Below, in pieces: positions 26,565-40,886 of a stretch of DNA of 64,000 nt (positions are counted from its first letter, which is position 1; each line of letters starts with the position of its first letter). The notes beneath the pieces are model-generated. The model worked only from the letters and a program-made list of their open reading frames with translations, ran no database searches and was not told where the DNA came from. The DNA is from Azolla caroliniana (taxonomy: Eukaryota > Plantae > Polypodiophyta): positions 12,338,001-12,402,000 of the forward strand of contig JBHGNT010000001.1 in assembly GCA_043228905.1 (NCBI GenBank). Reading direction: 5' to 3'. Both the position numbers and the translations under genes were made by a program.

Positions 26565-27149
26565 ATGGTTCAGCAGTTCGCCTCGTATGGCTCCTCCGCC
26601 ACTACACTCGCCACTACACTCGCTTATCTGCTGTTGCTAGCCGCTCCTTTGACCACCACTGTATCGGCTCGACGGAAGCCTCGGCAGGGACCTGAGACCT
26701 TCAGATTCTACATCCACAACCAAGTCTACAACCCGGCCGTCAACAACTCCGTCTTCGACTCTGTGTACAGCGCCGGACCCTTCAACTTCAGCCAGCCCAA
26801 CCCCACCAACTTGGGTGTCCGCTCCACATTCGAGAACACCATCACTCCCGACGCGTCCCCGGACTCGGAGCCGATCGGCGTCGCCCAGGGCTTCTGGATC
26901 TTCAACTCACACAAGGGTTACGTCCTCATGCACATATTCACTGCCACCATTACGTCGGGGCCATACACGGGCACCATCGCCATCATGGGGCAGGAGGATG
27001 AGTCTCTGGACAAGAGGACTTTGGTGGTGGTCGGGGGAACTGGAGACTTCCTCGCAGCTCGTGGTGCCGCCATCTCCAAGCGGGTTGTCATCGACAACGT
27101 CGCCCCCGCGCACTGGACCCTCTCCTTCGACTTGGACCTCTATTATTGA
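26565..27149 (+). CDS. DIR: Dirigent-family protein, secreted, intronless, 194 aa
   Basis: Hydrophobic signal peptide; dirigent motifs FRFYIHN, FENTIT..SEPIGVAQGF, GTIAIMG and LVVVGGTGDFLAARG. GC-rich codon usage and an intact ORF. Confidence 0.9.
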   Translation: MVQQFASYGSSATTLATTLAYLLLLAAPLTTTVSARRKPRQGPETFRFYIHNQVYNPAVNNSVFDSVYSAGPFNFSQPNPTNLGVRSTFENTITPDASPDSEPIGVAQGFWIFNSHKGYVLMHIFTATITSGPYTGTIAIMGQEDESLDKRTLVVVGGTGDFLAARGAAISKRVVIDNVAPAHWTLSFDLDLYY

Positions 27150-27605
27150 TCATCACACGTTGTTGAAGTGTGCACCAATCCATCCCACCCTATACCCTAT
27201 TTGATGCTGCACCAGATATACGCTAGTACTTGTAATTGAATGTTGTTACATTTATGCACATAAACTTAACACAATACTAACAGACATTGAGTATATCATA
27301 GAAAACAATATTTAAATAAATAAACAATAAACAATAATATTTTCTATAGTCTCTCATCTAAGAGACACATGAAGAGGCATTGTCTCTCATTGGGAAGACA
27401 CAAAACAGCATTGCCAACTGCTTGTAAATGGATCATTGTTTCATTTTGAATGGGATCAATACAAATCTGTTATATACTCTATTCTTATACTCCCACATGA
27501 CCGTATCAGATTAAGGAGTATAATTAAACAATTCTCATTCAATGCCCTGCGCCATCACATCTAATGCTGATCCGAATTGCCATTTACGTCCATGGCCCAG
27601 GCATT

Positions 27606-28402
27606 TGTTGGGAATATGGAGCGGAATCGGGATGATTAAAATTTCAAACACAATTCACACTTGATAAACAATAGATGAAACCACAAGACGAAATGAGAGA
27701 GAGTACACCGAGATTTAACGTGGAAAACCCAAAATTGGGAAAAACCACGGGAACCTTAGGTTCCGAAACAAATTCACTATTTTCTGAGTATACAAGGTGT
27801 TGACAGCCTCTAAAGCTTACTCTAGAGATATGCACATATATTTCAAGGCTACCGCCTTGGATACAATATTCACCCTACCAGATAGGATAAACAACAGAAA
27901 AATAACCAAAAACACAGAACAAATAAACCTGTTACAAGTGGACAAAAGAGTTGATGTGACTCTTTTGGGTAGTCCAGACAACACCTCGCTAGATCTCCAC
28001 CTTTACACTTGCAACGAGTTCTCGCTCTCGATCACCTTGTTCTCGAGCTCTCACACTTGTTTATGTTTTCTTGGAGAAGCTTTGTTGTGTTTTTCTCACA
28101 CACCTCTTCTTCTCGAATCTTTGTTTTTCCAGCCTTAGTTCTATTCACTCATGTTCAGTTTTTCTCTGTAACGCGCTCTGTTTTCTCTGTCTTTCTCTTA
28201 GTTTTTCTCTCAGAAAATCTGTTTTCGCTCTCTGTTTTCTCTCAGAAAATCAGGTCACGCTGTCTGTCCTTTTCTTTTTCTGTTTCTATTTTTTAGCTTT
28301 TGTCTTCTTGTAGTCCAACGTCTATATCTGTGTTCACACACACACAAACAAAAAAAAGACACACCCAAAAAAACATACAAAAAGGAAAAAGGCATACATA
28401 CA

Positions 28403-28438
<36 letters not shown>

Positions 28439-28531
28439 TATAAATACATCTAATTATAACTTGCCTTAAGCCTATTCGACGTTCAGCCGACTCAATGTTG
28501 TGGGCTCCACTTGAGTGGACAAGCCCCAACA
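27606..28531 (-). mobile_element. Solo LTR (Copia-type)
   Basis: TGTTGGG..CCCAACA termini, TSD GCATT/GCATC. The motif TTTAACGTGGAAAACCC..GGGAAAAACCACGG is shared with 36862-37600. Confidence 0.82.
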
Positions 28532-29086
28532 GCATCATCCTCAATGTCTGCTACAGCCCTAAATTTTAGAAATAGAAAAACAAACATCAATGTGTAATCC
28601 TTTAAGCAAGTAATTTTTCCAAGTGTTTTGTGTGTGTTTAACGAGGGGCTTAAGATTTAGAGCTAGAGCGTATAACGAGGAAGAATCTTTTGCAAGAGAT
28701 TTATAGTTATTACCTATGCACCCATTACAATCTCTCTAGCTTCCTACATCTATGATTAATCTGTAGTGTATCATTTGACCATAACATCAGAGATGAGATG
28801 AGATGCCTAGGGGATATTTAACAAGATTGTTTATGTTTCTTATCAGTCCTTTGTATCATCCCCTTGTCCATCAATTTGACCATTCATGTTAGGGCCTTGT
28901 CTTCAACCTTAATTTCCACCAAACACCAAATGCTTAGATTATGATTGTGCACACATGAGCTACGATAGTCCTACCTCCCATACAATTTCTTCAATTTTCT
29001 CTACTTTGTCTTCATACAAATGTCATAACTCCTCACTACACAATTGATGCAAGTTTGGGTCACCAATGATGTTTTTGAATATTTCA

Positions 29087-29559
29087 TGTTAATGATCAAG
29101 TAATTAACTAAGGGTTAATTAGTATCTAATTATGTGAGTAGCTAATCACGTATGTGATTAAGTAGCGAAAGATTATGTGATGTGTGTGTGTATGTGAGAG
29201 TATGAGAGGAAGCGAGAAAGAACAAGTCTTATGAACAATAAGATAAGATGGGGGATGATTAACACAAGTGTAGTTCAAGGAACTCTTGCTTATATTAAAA
29301 GGACATCAAAGAACAAAAAATACCCACAACGAGGTATATATTACATCTCATGTACATGTGTGAAGAGAATATAGGTACAAGGATGTGAGTCCTATATTCA
29401 ATGAACTTGGTAGTGGAGGATCTAGAACGTCTCTCCACTTAAGTACAAAATCCTATTTAACGCTTGGAAGTGAACACACTAACTAGATTCTGTGTATGTA
29501 ACTACTAAGTTACACATATGACAAAATAACTAAACCTAGTTGAGCTTGATATCTCAACA
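29087..29559 (-). mobile_element. Copia solo LTR
   Basis: The minus strand starts TGTTGAGATATCAAGCTCAAC, as in the other Copia LTRs; perfect TSD TTTCA. Confidence 0.88.
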
Positions 29560-30089
29560 TTTCACAACCATGAGCCATCTACCCCCACCCCCAATTTGTT
29601 CCACATCTTTATCGGGCTTGAGTGAACCTCGTCCCCATTGACACCCCATTGTGGCACCTCACTTAGTGCTCCCAAGAGTGGACATGTTGGGATGTTAAGT
29701 ATATGTTGGACAACTCATCTACACTGGAAATCCTTAGAGATGTAGGAAAAGAGAGAACGAACCTTTATGCATAATATCTATAACCCTTTATGCCTCCCAA
29801 AGTATAAAAGGGACACAATTATATATAATGTAAAATGAAGAAGACCTGGGAGCTTCACTATCAAAACTTGTATGATAGCACGTGAGTTCATCAAAAGGGG
29901 TTTAAATTAACCACTGAGATACGGAATTTATATATATAAGGGTATTAACAAATATTTGAAAATATATTTACGTAAGGGTATTATCAATTATGTTAGAGAA
30001 AAAAATTACATAAGCCCATGAAATATTAGATATTTTAATGAGATAGTAGAGAATATATTACACAAATAATACTCAAATTTGGTGTAGCA

Positions 30090-31647
30090 TATATACATTC
30101 ATTCATTCATACATGCATGCATAAATACCTACATTTAAACATTACATCCATGAATATGTATATACATACATTACACCCATTTATAATATTCTTGGGGCCG
30201 ATGTATATTCTCGAATATTGCGAATATTGCGGGTGTCGAATACCACGTATATTACGCACAGGTCAATCTATGCATGTAACATAATACATACATCTATTAT
30301 ATATATATGTATTACATATGCACATACATATTCCACATATCACCATATATATAGGTTATACGGGACCATACAAACTACAATACTTACATACATATATACT
30401 TACACATACATCCATATACGAGCCATACACATACTAAACACTAAAATACCCCAAACATATACGTACATAAATACATTACATATATACAAATACGTATATT
30501 CATATATTCATTCATAGATTGCTACACACATATATACACATATGCCTACAATGTTACACATATAAATTTTACAAACATAATGATACATCCATACACATAC
30601 ATTACATATGTATATTATATACATGTACATACATACATATCACCACATACACACACATGGCCATACACACTACAATAGTACATATATACATATACATACA
30701 TACATATTATGCACATATTACAAACATACATCCACACATACATACATTAGATATATACATACATATTAGGCACATTTTTTATTTTTATTTTTAAAGAAGA
30801 TATCCTATCATTAGTGTAATCATATTAGGCACATATTTCAAACAGACATCCATACAAGTTGAATCTTGTACATTGACATATGCTTAAACATACATACATT
30901 ACATATACATGTACATACATATTCCACATATCACCATATATATAGGTCATATAGGGTCATACAAACTACAATACTTACATATATACATACACATACATTG
31001 GATATATGTATACATATTATGTGCATATTGCAAACATTCATCTAGATATGAGCCATACACATACCAAACACTAAAATACCTTGAAAATATGCATTCATAA
31101 ATACATTACATATTACATATATACACATACGTACATTCGTACATGGACATACATATATGCATTCATACATTGCTACACGTATATACGTACATATGCTTAT
31201 AATGATACACATATAAATTTTACAAACATACATCCATGCAAATACATACATTACATACATATTATTTTACATAGTGAATAATACATACATACATACAATG
31301 TACATATAGTGCATTCCACATGTCACCATATATATAGGTCATACGGGGTCATACAAAATACAATACGTACACATATACATAAACAGACATACACATATGT
31401 ACATTGATACATATATTCATTCAACACATAATGGATCCAATATACACATCCAAACTTACAGACATGCCATATATACAATACATGCATGATGCAATACAAT
31501 ACAATATGTACATACATACATACACACATCTCATATATACAATGCATATATACAATTAATACAATACAATATGTACTTACATACACACATACACATAACA
31601 CATACATATATATGCATGCAATACAATACATATGCACATATATAGAA

Positions 31648-31693
<46 letters not shown>

Positions 31694-32021
31694 ACACATA
31701 CATATGTCATACACACATGCTATACATAGAATAACACACGTATAGAACATATTCACACACACGCACATGCACACCCATATAACACATACATACACACATG
31801 CAATACAATACTACATACATATGCACATACATAGAACATACACACTGACAAATAACACATACCATACATACTCACATGCCATACACACAATACAGACAAT
31901 ACAATATCTACATAGATACACAAATGCCATATATACAATACAATACAATATGTAGATACATGCATGCACACAAAACATACATATATACACATGCAATACA
32001 ATACATACACATGCACATATA

Positions 32022-32058
<37 letters not shown>

Positions 32059-32550
32059 ACGCATACACATGTGCCATACATATAATACATACATATGCAC
32101 ATGTATAGAACACGCACATACATATCACATACATACTTACATATGCACATGTCATACATATAATACATATTAATTTGATACAATATATACATATGGGCAT
32201 GTATAGAACACACACATACATATCACATACATACTTACATATGCATATGCCATACATACAATACATACATATGCACATATATAGAACATACACACACATA
32301 TCACATACTTACATATGCACATGCCATACATACAATACATACATATGGACATATATAGAACATACACACACATATCACATACTTACATATGCACATGCCA
32401 TACATACAATACATACAACACATGGAATACAATACATGCAAATGCACATGTATAGAGCGCACACACACACACACACACACACAAAGAATATATATACCCA
32501 CATGCATAAACACACACACACAGATGTATAGAACATACTACACACACTAC
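30090..32550. repeat. Long degenerate (CA/TA)n and ATAC low-complexity tract
   Basis: Continuous CATACATA/ACAC repeats with higher-order subrepeats; a similar tract lies at 37601-37880. Confidence 0.9.
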
Positions 32551-32695
32551 AATGCTATTTTTTAAATGCCAATTGTTTAAAAAAACGAGGGCTAGGAAAA
32601 AGTTGGGGGGGGGGGGGGGGGAAAGAAGGGGGATTGAAATTTGAGAGATATCGAGACGGAGAAAAGAAAGAAGGGGGGTTGTGGGGGGAAAAGTT

Positions 32696-32729
<34 letters not shown>

Positions 32730-32762
32730 CCATTGCCGCCAAAGAGAGAGGACGCCATAAAC

Positions 32763-33304
32763 ATGGATGATTTCGTCGACTTCCTCTTTCTTTCTTATTT
32801 TTCCTTCTCCTCCCACGCTTCTACCTCCGTGCTTTACGAGCTCTTGTAAGATTTCCATGGCTCTCCCTCTCCCGCCTAGGAACCGGGCTCTCCAGGGTTT
32901 CATGGAATCGAACCTTCTTCTTCATCCTCAATAGAAACCATTAGTTTGTAGATCAAGCCTTGGCGGATCCTCAAATGCATTAACACCAAAATGAAGGAAG
33001 CAGTGGCAAATTAGTGTCGTCGAACAAGGTGGTGCGTTTTATGAGGGGCAACAAGTTATTCCTCTAGTGTTGTGGATTTTCAAATACTGTAGTGCAGATA
33101 TTAAATTCTTTAAATGTTCCTTATGAAACTATGGACATCCGTGCAAATGAACAAATGAGGTTTACCATGAAGATTTACTCAAGCTGGCTTACTTTTCCTT
33201 AGCTCTAGATAGATGGCGAATTCTTTGGAGGTTGTGACGTCACATTGGAGGCCTTTAAAAGTGATGAGATCCAAGAAGTGATCGAGAAAACAATGTGCTA
33301 TTAA
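32763..33304 (+). pseudogene. GRXS14: Chloroplast monothiol (CGFS) glutaredoxin S14 pseudogene
   Basis: ALTP..KLVSSNKVVRFMRGNKLFL*CCGFSNTVVQILNSLNVPYET..YSSWLTFP*L*IDGEFFGGCDVTLEAFKSDEIQEVIEKTMCY*; frameshifts and stops. A transit-peptide-like region lies upstream. Confidence 0.88.
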
Positions 33305-33436
33305 GGTGGTATTTATGTATCATATTTGGTATCAACAACTGTACTGTATCATAAATCTTATCAAACTTTGAAGCTAGATATACTGGTCTATAGTAGCATC
33401 TATTTGGTCCTTCACAATAGGCTGCTGAAGTGAGAT

Positions 33437-33655
33437 CTTCCATGTGATAAATGCTAATGACTTTTGTTAATGTGGTACAATAATATTTGTGATTGGATGG
33501 CTATGTTGAAATTGGTTACAATTTGTATTTTTCTTGTATTTTTATATTCTTCTTCCATGTGATAAATGCTAATGACTTTTGTTAATGTGGTACAATAATA
33601 TTTGTGATTGGATGGCTATGTTGAAATTGGTTACAATTTGTATTTTTATATTCTT
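33437..33655. repeat. Tandem duplication of about 114 bp
   Basis: TCTTCCATGTGATAAATGCTAATGAC...TTTGTATTTTT occurs twice in tandem. Confidence 0.85.
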
Positions 33656-34104
33656 CTCAATCATAATGCTGCCATAGATTGAGTGAAGTTAGAAAACATG
33701 ATGGAAGATCTTTGAGTAGTGCAACACTTGTGATACAAAAAGCAATATATCACACTCTCAGAAAGTCAGATGTATGAGGAAGATATCGACGATGAGAACC
33801 TTACTTATAAAGGGGGAAATGTGCATTTCGAGAACCCAAGGGGGCTTATTATTCTATACATTGACCAATGACATTTCAATATCTTCTCCATTGTAAGTGT
33901 TATATGCACACATTGTAACCACACATGGGTCAATAAAGCCGGAAATAATTGTAGGGCTAGCTACCCAATTGTACAAGGATACTCTTTTCATTATTTATAA
34001 TTAATCTGTACTTGGGCAAGGACAGAGAGAGAGATTCAACCCCTACATTTCAAAGTGGCATCTAGTGAAATAAGAGATATGTATAGAGTAATAGAGAAGT
34101 GAGA

Positions 34105-34170
34105 AAAGTGGGTTTTGAACCCAAGATGTAAAGCTAATAGTGTAAATGACTTACCACTAGGGTAAGCGAA
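34105..34170 (-). mobile_element. tRNA-derived SINE-like head
   Basis: Minus strand has an A-box-like TACCCTAGTGG and a B-box GGTTCAAAACC at tRNA spacing. Confidence 0.35.
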
Positions 34171-35019
34171 TTGCGATAAAGAGAGACAGAATTTCAGATA
34201 ATCAAAAGAAGAAGAAGCATCGGCAGCAACATAATAATTAGAATCGGAAACAACGAAGTGGATCTTACATTGCGAGGCAAGCTGCGAAGAGTATTGTTGT
34301 AGCAGCAGGACTTTCCCGTTGTTGCATTGTCCAAGTATGTATTCATCTTGTGACCTTGGTGTATATTGTGCCTTGTTCTTTACTCATTGTGGCATATTTT
34401 CTCATTTTTCATGCAAATAAAGTCATGAGAAAAGAATGAACATTGTTATTCTTAGTAGCTTAGTAGAACCCATGTTTGGTTGAGCATATTGGTCAAGGAA
34501 TGTATAATAGTTTAATAAAATAGCTTTGTGTATTCATTGTGTTTCCTTTTTATTGCTGAAATTAAAAGGAAATTATCAGAAATATATTTTCTTTAGGAAA
34601 TCCGAATTCCAATGATTTCCTACTTGGGATGATGGCTATCCACCTCAACCTCTGCAGAGGCAGAAACAAATGTTACGAGAAGACTGCGAAGCATGCATTT
34701 ATTCCTTCGCTATGGTTGGTCTTCATTCCTATGACTTGCATGAACTCTGAAACTTCCAAGTATGGTTCTTATGCAATATGGTTCTTTAAGTTTTTGAGTG
34801 GCTGTTGTAAAGGGGGGAGATAGACTAATCGATTGATAAATGAATAATTGTATGTGTTTTGATATAGAACTATTTCCATTACTTTCCTTTGGTCTAATGA
34901 ATTATTGTTTGTTTGAAACATCATTTGAACCTTAGGTGTAATGGTGGTTTGATTTGAAACATGTTTCATTATTAGTGTAAGTTGGTTTTGCATGTGTTTG
35001 TTTGTTGCAAACTATGTAA

Positions 35020-35100
35020 TTTGAGGAAAAGGTGTACTAGAAAGAGATGTTGTATTGCCAATAGTGTGATTGATATGTATGTCAAATGTGGCTCATGTTT
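35020..35100 (+). pseudogene. PPR gene fragment
   Basis: GVLERDVV..NSVIDMYVKCGS, a typical PLS-class PPR motif, with a frameshift. Confidence 0.5.
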
Positions 35101-35599
35101 GTAGCTTCCCATGTTGTTTGTCTTTATCCCTTCCTAAAATGTAGACATGCAAGAATCAATTGCTAGTTGCTAGAATCCCATGGTATCCCCAAGTCTCTCC
35201 TATCATGTCATTCCCTTCCCTTATGTCACGTCGAGTCGTTTCCCTTAAGTACTTCAAATTTCAATTTATCTTTTCTACATTTTTTTAATTTTTTATTCCA
35301 AAAAAGAATATACTCCTTTAGTTAAAATATACATAAAACTCGATCCCTTTCTTGGGAAGGCCGAGCCAAGACTATCCTATCCTACACAAGAGATCTTGCT
35401 TATTTATCTTACACTTTCACATATGGCTCTAACCATCCTTTCATGCACATCACCTACATTCACTATCCCACATGCCATGTCTTTCACACCCCTCATTCAT
35501 CTAATGGGAGGGGGGAACCACCATTTGGGTACTTCATACTTCCATAGTATATCCATTCCATTTGTTGTGGCCATCGGTGTAGTACACCATCGTTTTCGA

Positions 35600-36360
35600 A
35601 AATTCAGCCCCATTAGTTCTGTAACATCATTAGTACCATCAATTCGCTCATATTGAGCTCTTAGTGTAGTTATTAATGTGTGCTAGATTAGCTTAATCGA
35701 TTCAGTAGGGGGGGTGTTTGTGTGTTGAAAATACCCTAGTACACCTTGTTGTCCATATATACCATATAGTAATGGGGGCAAACAACATCCAAAAATCTCC
35801 AAGTTTTTGATTCTGTGCACAAGTTGTAGGTACCCTGTTGTTAGTGATCAGCCGCACAATGCCATTCTACCCTCTATACTTAGCATTGCATGTGCCATCG
35901 TATTTCGTCACATCATCCTCAAGACAAATCCAGCAAGCATGTCCCTAGTTGAGGGTGAATGAACTAGATGCATGGCAAAGCAAACGTAGTGCCCTTCCCC
36001 ATACAACCATTGCCTCGCGACATTCCCATAGACAATGGGAAATGCTTTCTATTTGTCCACAGGAAATGCATCTAGTGTCTACATTGGGGCCTTTACCCCA
36101 CGTCCCTACCGGCAAGGCTCTATGTGCAATAAGCCATAAACACATCATTATCTTGCGGTCATATCTGTCATGCCAAATCATTTTCCAGAATTTATCTAGT
36201 CTCATTTCACTAATGCCCTCCTGTATCCAAAATTTCCTTGCTGCAATCTTGTCATGTTCTTGTTCTAGAATAATTTGCCTCCCAATCTTCGAGTTATACT
36301 TGAAAAATTGAAGGTTCCAACTTTTCCCCAACTTGTGATGTAAAAAAATGAACACATTTA
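35600..36360 (-). mobile_element. L1-like LINE 3' fragment (zf-RVT)
   Basis: FWKMIW..KIMMCLWLIAHRALP..CISCGQIESISHCLWEC. Confidence 0.75.
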
Positions 36361-36861
36361 ATAATTAAGGTGTTGTTGAATTCAGTAGAGCTATTAGTGC
36401 CCTATAAATGTAAATGATGTGTAAATTGACTCCATACTCTAAAAAAGAAAGAAGTTGAAGAAGAAGTAAACCTAAAAGACCCCAAAATTGACCAATAAGC
36501 AAAGTGGACCCTCTTCTCACTAAGAGGGAATAAAGACTCAAACTTTACACTTATTGAATCTAAGGAATGACTCTAATTATGAGGACATTCACATTTAGTA
36601 TTCTTTTAATTTACCACTTCCTTGTAACTTGCTTGCCTCTTAGATGGTCATGCACTTGATTTGAGTCGAGTGATTGGTTAGGTGATTGCCTTTGAGTTGA
36701 ATGACTCTATTGGGCAATTGCCTTTGAGACAGGCGAACAAAAATAAGATTTGTTGATGGCACACATTTTTTATCTAGATCACACATGCCCTCAATTGAGT
36801 GCCTTGTACTGTCTATGGCGTGATTCCCTCGCCAGGCCTCTTTATGATTTATATGCAAATA

Positions 36862-37600
36862 TGACAGGAACCGCTCGCTCCCTATGCGCAACACTCGGCC
36901 ACAACCGAGTTTAGAATCATACACAGAAAAAAAACGGGAAATGATAGCACTATACAATGGAGAGAAGAGTACACAGGATGTTTAACGTGGAAAACCCTAA
37001 GAGGGAAAAACCACGGCAGTCCACTAACTGCTAACTATCACTATGTAACAATAATTACAATTGTGAGCTCACGGAGGCAACGACCTCGTGCTCATGATCT
37101 TCACCACAGGCAGCGGTTACAACAGAGGCAATGACCTCTTCCTCTCACTCTCTCTGTACACTGTTGCGCTCTAATCTAGCGCCAACAAGAATGACAACAA
37201 CTCTCTCGCACTGTATAACAAAAAAGTTTGCCCTAAGTCATATTTATACTAATATGACTTTTCGGCTATTTACAAATATAGCCACGATGGAATCTCAGAA
37301 ACATATTTATGTCTCTTCATCCAGTGAGAACTCACCAGGCTTGCATCATTCGGCGCTTGCCGGGTACTCGTCATCCGGTTCTCACCGGGTCTGCACCATC
37401 CAGCTCTCCATAGCCGGGTACTCATCATCCGGTTCTCACCGGGTCTGCAACATCCGGCTCTCCGTAGCCGGGTACTCGTCATCCGGTTCTCACCGGGTCT
37501 TCCGTAGCTGGGTATTCCTCATCCGGTTTCGGCCTCGGCCGAGTTTGCTCATTAGTACTGTTCATCTGACTTCCCATCCGGAGGGACCTGTTTCCTAACA
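36862..37600 (-). mobile_element. Solo LTR with internal 54-bp tandem repeats
   Basis: TGACAGGAA..TTCCTAACA with a perfect TSD AAATA. GCCGGGTACTCGTCATCCGGTTCTCACCGGGTCT occurs three times at about 37358-37530. Confidence 0.82.
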
Positions 37601-38179
37601 AAATAGACACAAGCCACTACACACACACACAAACACATAACACATAGATACATATACACATGCCATACATCTAAGATATACAACACATACAATACAATAC
37701 ATACATAAATAAACATGGAATACAATATAGTACAATACATGCAATACAGTACATACATATGAGGACACATATACACATAACACATACATACATACACACA
37801 ACCCATGCATAAAATATATACAACATATGCAATACAATACAATACAATACATACATACACACATCTATAAAACATATATGTGTCTTCTATGTAAGGGCAT
37901 TTAAAATGAGTTATTGTCAAATTATATATTGGCGCTAAGGGGTATTTTTATTAACCGTTTTTTCATAGAAGAGTATCTAAAATAGTAAAAAACATATGTA
38001 TAAGGGGTTTATAAAAGATGTCATGAACGCACGTGATACAACCTCTTTATATGTAGTGGAGCTCCCCGGGGAAGAAGAACTATAAAGGTGAAACTATAAT
38101 ACTTTCATAAGGGTTGTTCCTAATGGTAATGCCTAGGGCTAGATCTTAAGCCTATCTCTCTCTCTCTCTCTCTCTTTGG

Positions 38180-38856
38180 TGAAAACACACAATTATATTA
38201 ATAAATGTGTGTGAAAAACACTACTTGCAATACGTGTGACAATGGGGTATGGTCACACACTAACCACACTACACTACATGGGTAGTAGAACATGTTGAAT
38301 TGCCAATAGGCAAGACGAACACTCCACCGAGGAAAGAATTTCCACTTGTTCCAATAAAGAAAATTGCCACATTAGTACTCCCTTCAACTTTCGTAGATAT
38401 GCTTTCACTCCATGTCTACCATCGAATACAAAAGCGTTGCGCATGTTCCAATTATGACGCAATCCCCAATATCTCAGAAATAGGAAAACAATCTCCATCT
38501 CTGATTTTGGGTTAGCCTGTGTAAATTGTGCAAACACCCATTGTCTAGGTGTCAAATAACTCCATGATAAAACTTGCCAAATTTGAGAAATGTAACTCCA
38601 AATTTGACAAGCAATTGGACATTGTATAAATCGATGAGTACTATCTTCTATCTGAACTGTGCAAAAAAAGCAGGTACCCATTGCTAGTCCATGATGCTTT
38701 AAAGCTAATCCCAAAGGCAATCCTCCGATCAAAACTCTCCAAATGAATACCTTTGCAACAAGTGGCAATTTAGAATGCCAACTACGTTGTAAGATCTACC
38801 ACCACCCATAATTAGATTTGTGTATTTTCCATTCTTCTTCAGCCTTAGATGATAAC
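38180..38856 (-). mobile_element. L1-like LINE 3' end (zf-RVT), continuing at 59894-60420
   Basis: PLVAKVFIWRVL..CFFCTVQIEDSTHRFIQC. The frame joins CSVESLGWL|SSKAEEEW across the Copia insertion. Confidence 0.8.
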
Positions 38857-40886
38857 TGTTGAGAGACAACCTCAACATCGGCCGGATCGACTGAGCAAGC
38901 CGAGGACCGGATCGGTTGGGACAGATCGGTTAGGCTGGACTGGTGCGTAAAATGGATACGCAAATCGGTGTGTAACGAGAGGCCGTATCGGTGCATAAAC
39001 TGAAAGGCCGTTAGAGAGATATTCCTCGTAAGGAATAGTTTTGGGAGTAATTGTCAAGGCTCATTTATGAGCAGTCAAGTATTGTCAGTACTTGTGTCAG
39101 CCCATTGTCAGGGCTTGTATAAAAGGTGCTCACTGAGCACGTTGTACACACAAAGACTTAGTTTTTTTAATTGAATTTCTTGTGTGTTCTCTCTTTGTCT
39201 CTCCCGCGTACTGTGTATACTCAAGCTCTCCATTAAACCTGCGTATTTTCTGTGTGTTTGGTTTTCTATTGCTTCCGCACATAATCTTTTACATGGTATC
39301 AGAGCGCGAGGGTTGAGAACCTCTGCAGCCGACATAACTTGAAAGAGAAAAAAAAAAACCAACCAAGAAGAATAGGCAAAACCGATGAATAGAGGCATGG
39401 CTAGCTCGCTCCCAACAGAGAAGCTCAATAGAAACAACTACGCGTCTTGGTCTTACAAGATGCACTAGTACCTGCTCAGACATGGTTACTAGAGCTATGT
39501 CGATGGAGCAAATGACACAGCACCCGATTCGACACACAAAGACTTCCTGGCTTAGGAACAGTCGGCAAGCAAAGTATTGTACTGCTTCGCATCTTGTGTG
39601 GGCGAACAACTATTAAGCTACGTTCGGGATGCAAAAATGTCGAAGGGTGCGTGGGAAAATCTGAAGAAGCTCTTCCCCGCGAGCACCATAGCCAGGAAGC
39701 TTCAGCTTCGACATGAGTTGAGCAACCTACGACAACGCGATTTGTCGGTGGCTGACTATACCTCGAAGATCAAGGACATATGCGACTCCTTAGCTTCCAT
39801 CGATCTGAACATCAAGGAAAGCGAGATGGTCCAGGTTTGTCTCGGGGGTTTGGCGTCGAAGTTCGGGGCGTTCCGAACTGTTGTGTGTACCCGAGAGAAT
39901 ACGCCGTCCTTTTTCGACTTACATTCGATGCTCCTGGTAGAGGAGAAGCACGCGGGTGCGTCAACGAGCACACACACTGACAGCAAGATGTTGTACACGG
40001 AGGGAGATAGGCCCCATGGATGTGGAGGATGAGGCGAGTCGGTGCACAATGGAGGCGGCCAACGAGATCAAGGAAGAAGGCACCAAAGTGATGCCGATAG
40101 CAACTCCGGACCCTCCGGAAATAGGGGGAGTCGAGGCAACGAGAACCGGCTAGGGAAATCCACCGCGGAATGCTGGTACTGTGGCAAGAAAGGCCATAGG
40201 GAGAGCGAGTGTTGGAAAAAGAGCGCCGATTCGGAGAGAACCGGGTCCGGATCAGGTTCCGAATAGACCGACAAAGGAGATCGGCAACGATCGCACTACG
40301 CCGAAGGATCCGGAGAAGCCGGAAAAGGGTCAGTCTTCGTGACGAGACAAGAAGCAAACCCGATGAAGAAGTCCACTCCGAAATCGGAGGAGGTGTGGTA
40401 CATCGACTCCGGCGGGTCAAACCACATGACGTGCCACAAGGAGTGCTTCTCGTACCTGGAAAAACCGATGCAACCGGGAGTAGTCGCAACTGGAGATGAC
40501 ACTCCGCACCCGATCGCGAATGTCGGTGAAGTTGCCTTGAGCCATGTTTGGCAGAAAGGGAAACTTATGAACGTGCTACACGTCCCAACAACCACGAAGA
40601 ATCTAGTGTCGGTCGGGCAGATCATCGACTAGGGGATGCAAGTCCGGTTCATGCATCTCGAGTGCTTCATCGAGGAAGAAGGCCGAGTTATTGCACAAGG
40701 GTGAAGAGATGGGAGGATGTTCATCCTCGACTCTACTGACGGTGGCACCGCAATGTTCGCGAAGGGACAAAAAGTCGAGTTAGACATTGACTTATGGCAC
40801 AAGCAGATAGGCCACGTCAACTACCAGCGGCTTCAAGACCTGCAATCGAAACAAGTGGTGTTCGGATTGCCCAAATTCAGTGGCCG

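Larger units (their letters stand above)
29753..38120. mobile_element. Possible Mutator-like (Pack-MULE-like) element with long degenerate TIRs and captured gene fragments
   Basis: The ends share inverted motifs (GAAC.ACC.TTATG, CCTTTAT, GGGAGCT.CACTA, CACGTG.GTTCAT) and both are backed by CA/TA-rich DNA. No TSD was found. Confidence 0.4.

Noticed and set aside
30218-32531. Many C/V/Y/M- or H/T/I-rich ORFs
   Set aside because: Translations of CA/TA microsatellite DNA.
37358-37530. 54-bp repeats in a 155-aa ORF as a repeat protein
   Set aside because: They lie inside a solo LTR with a TSD and are typical U3 tandem repeats.
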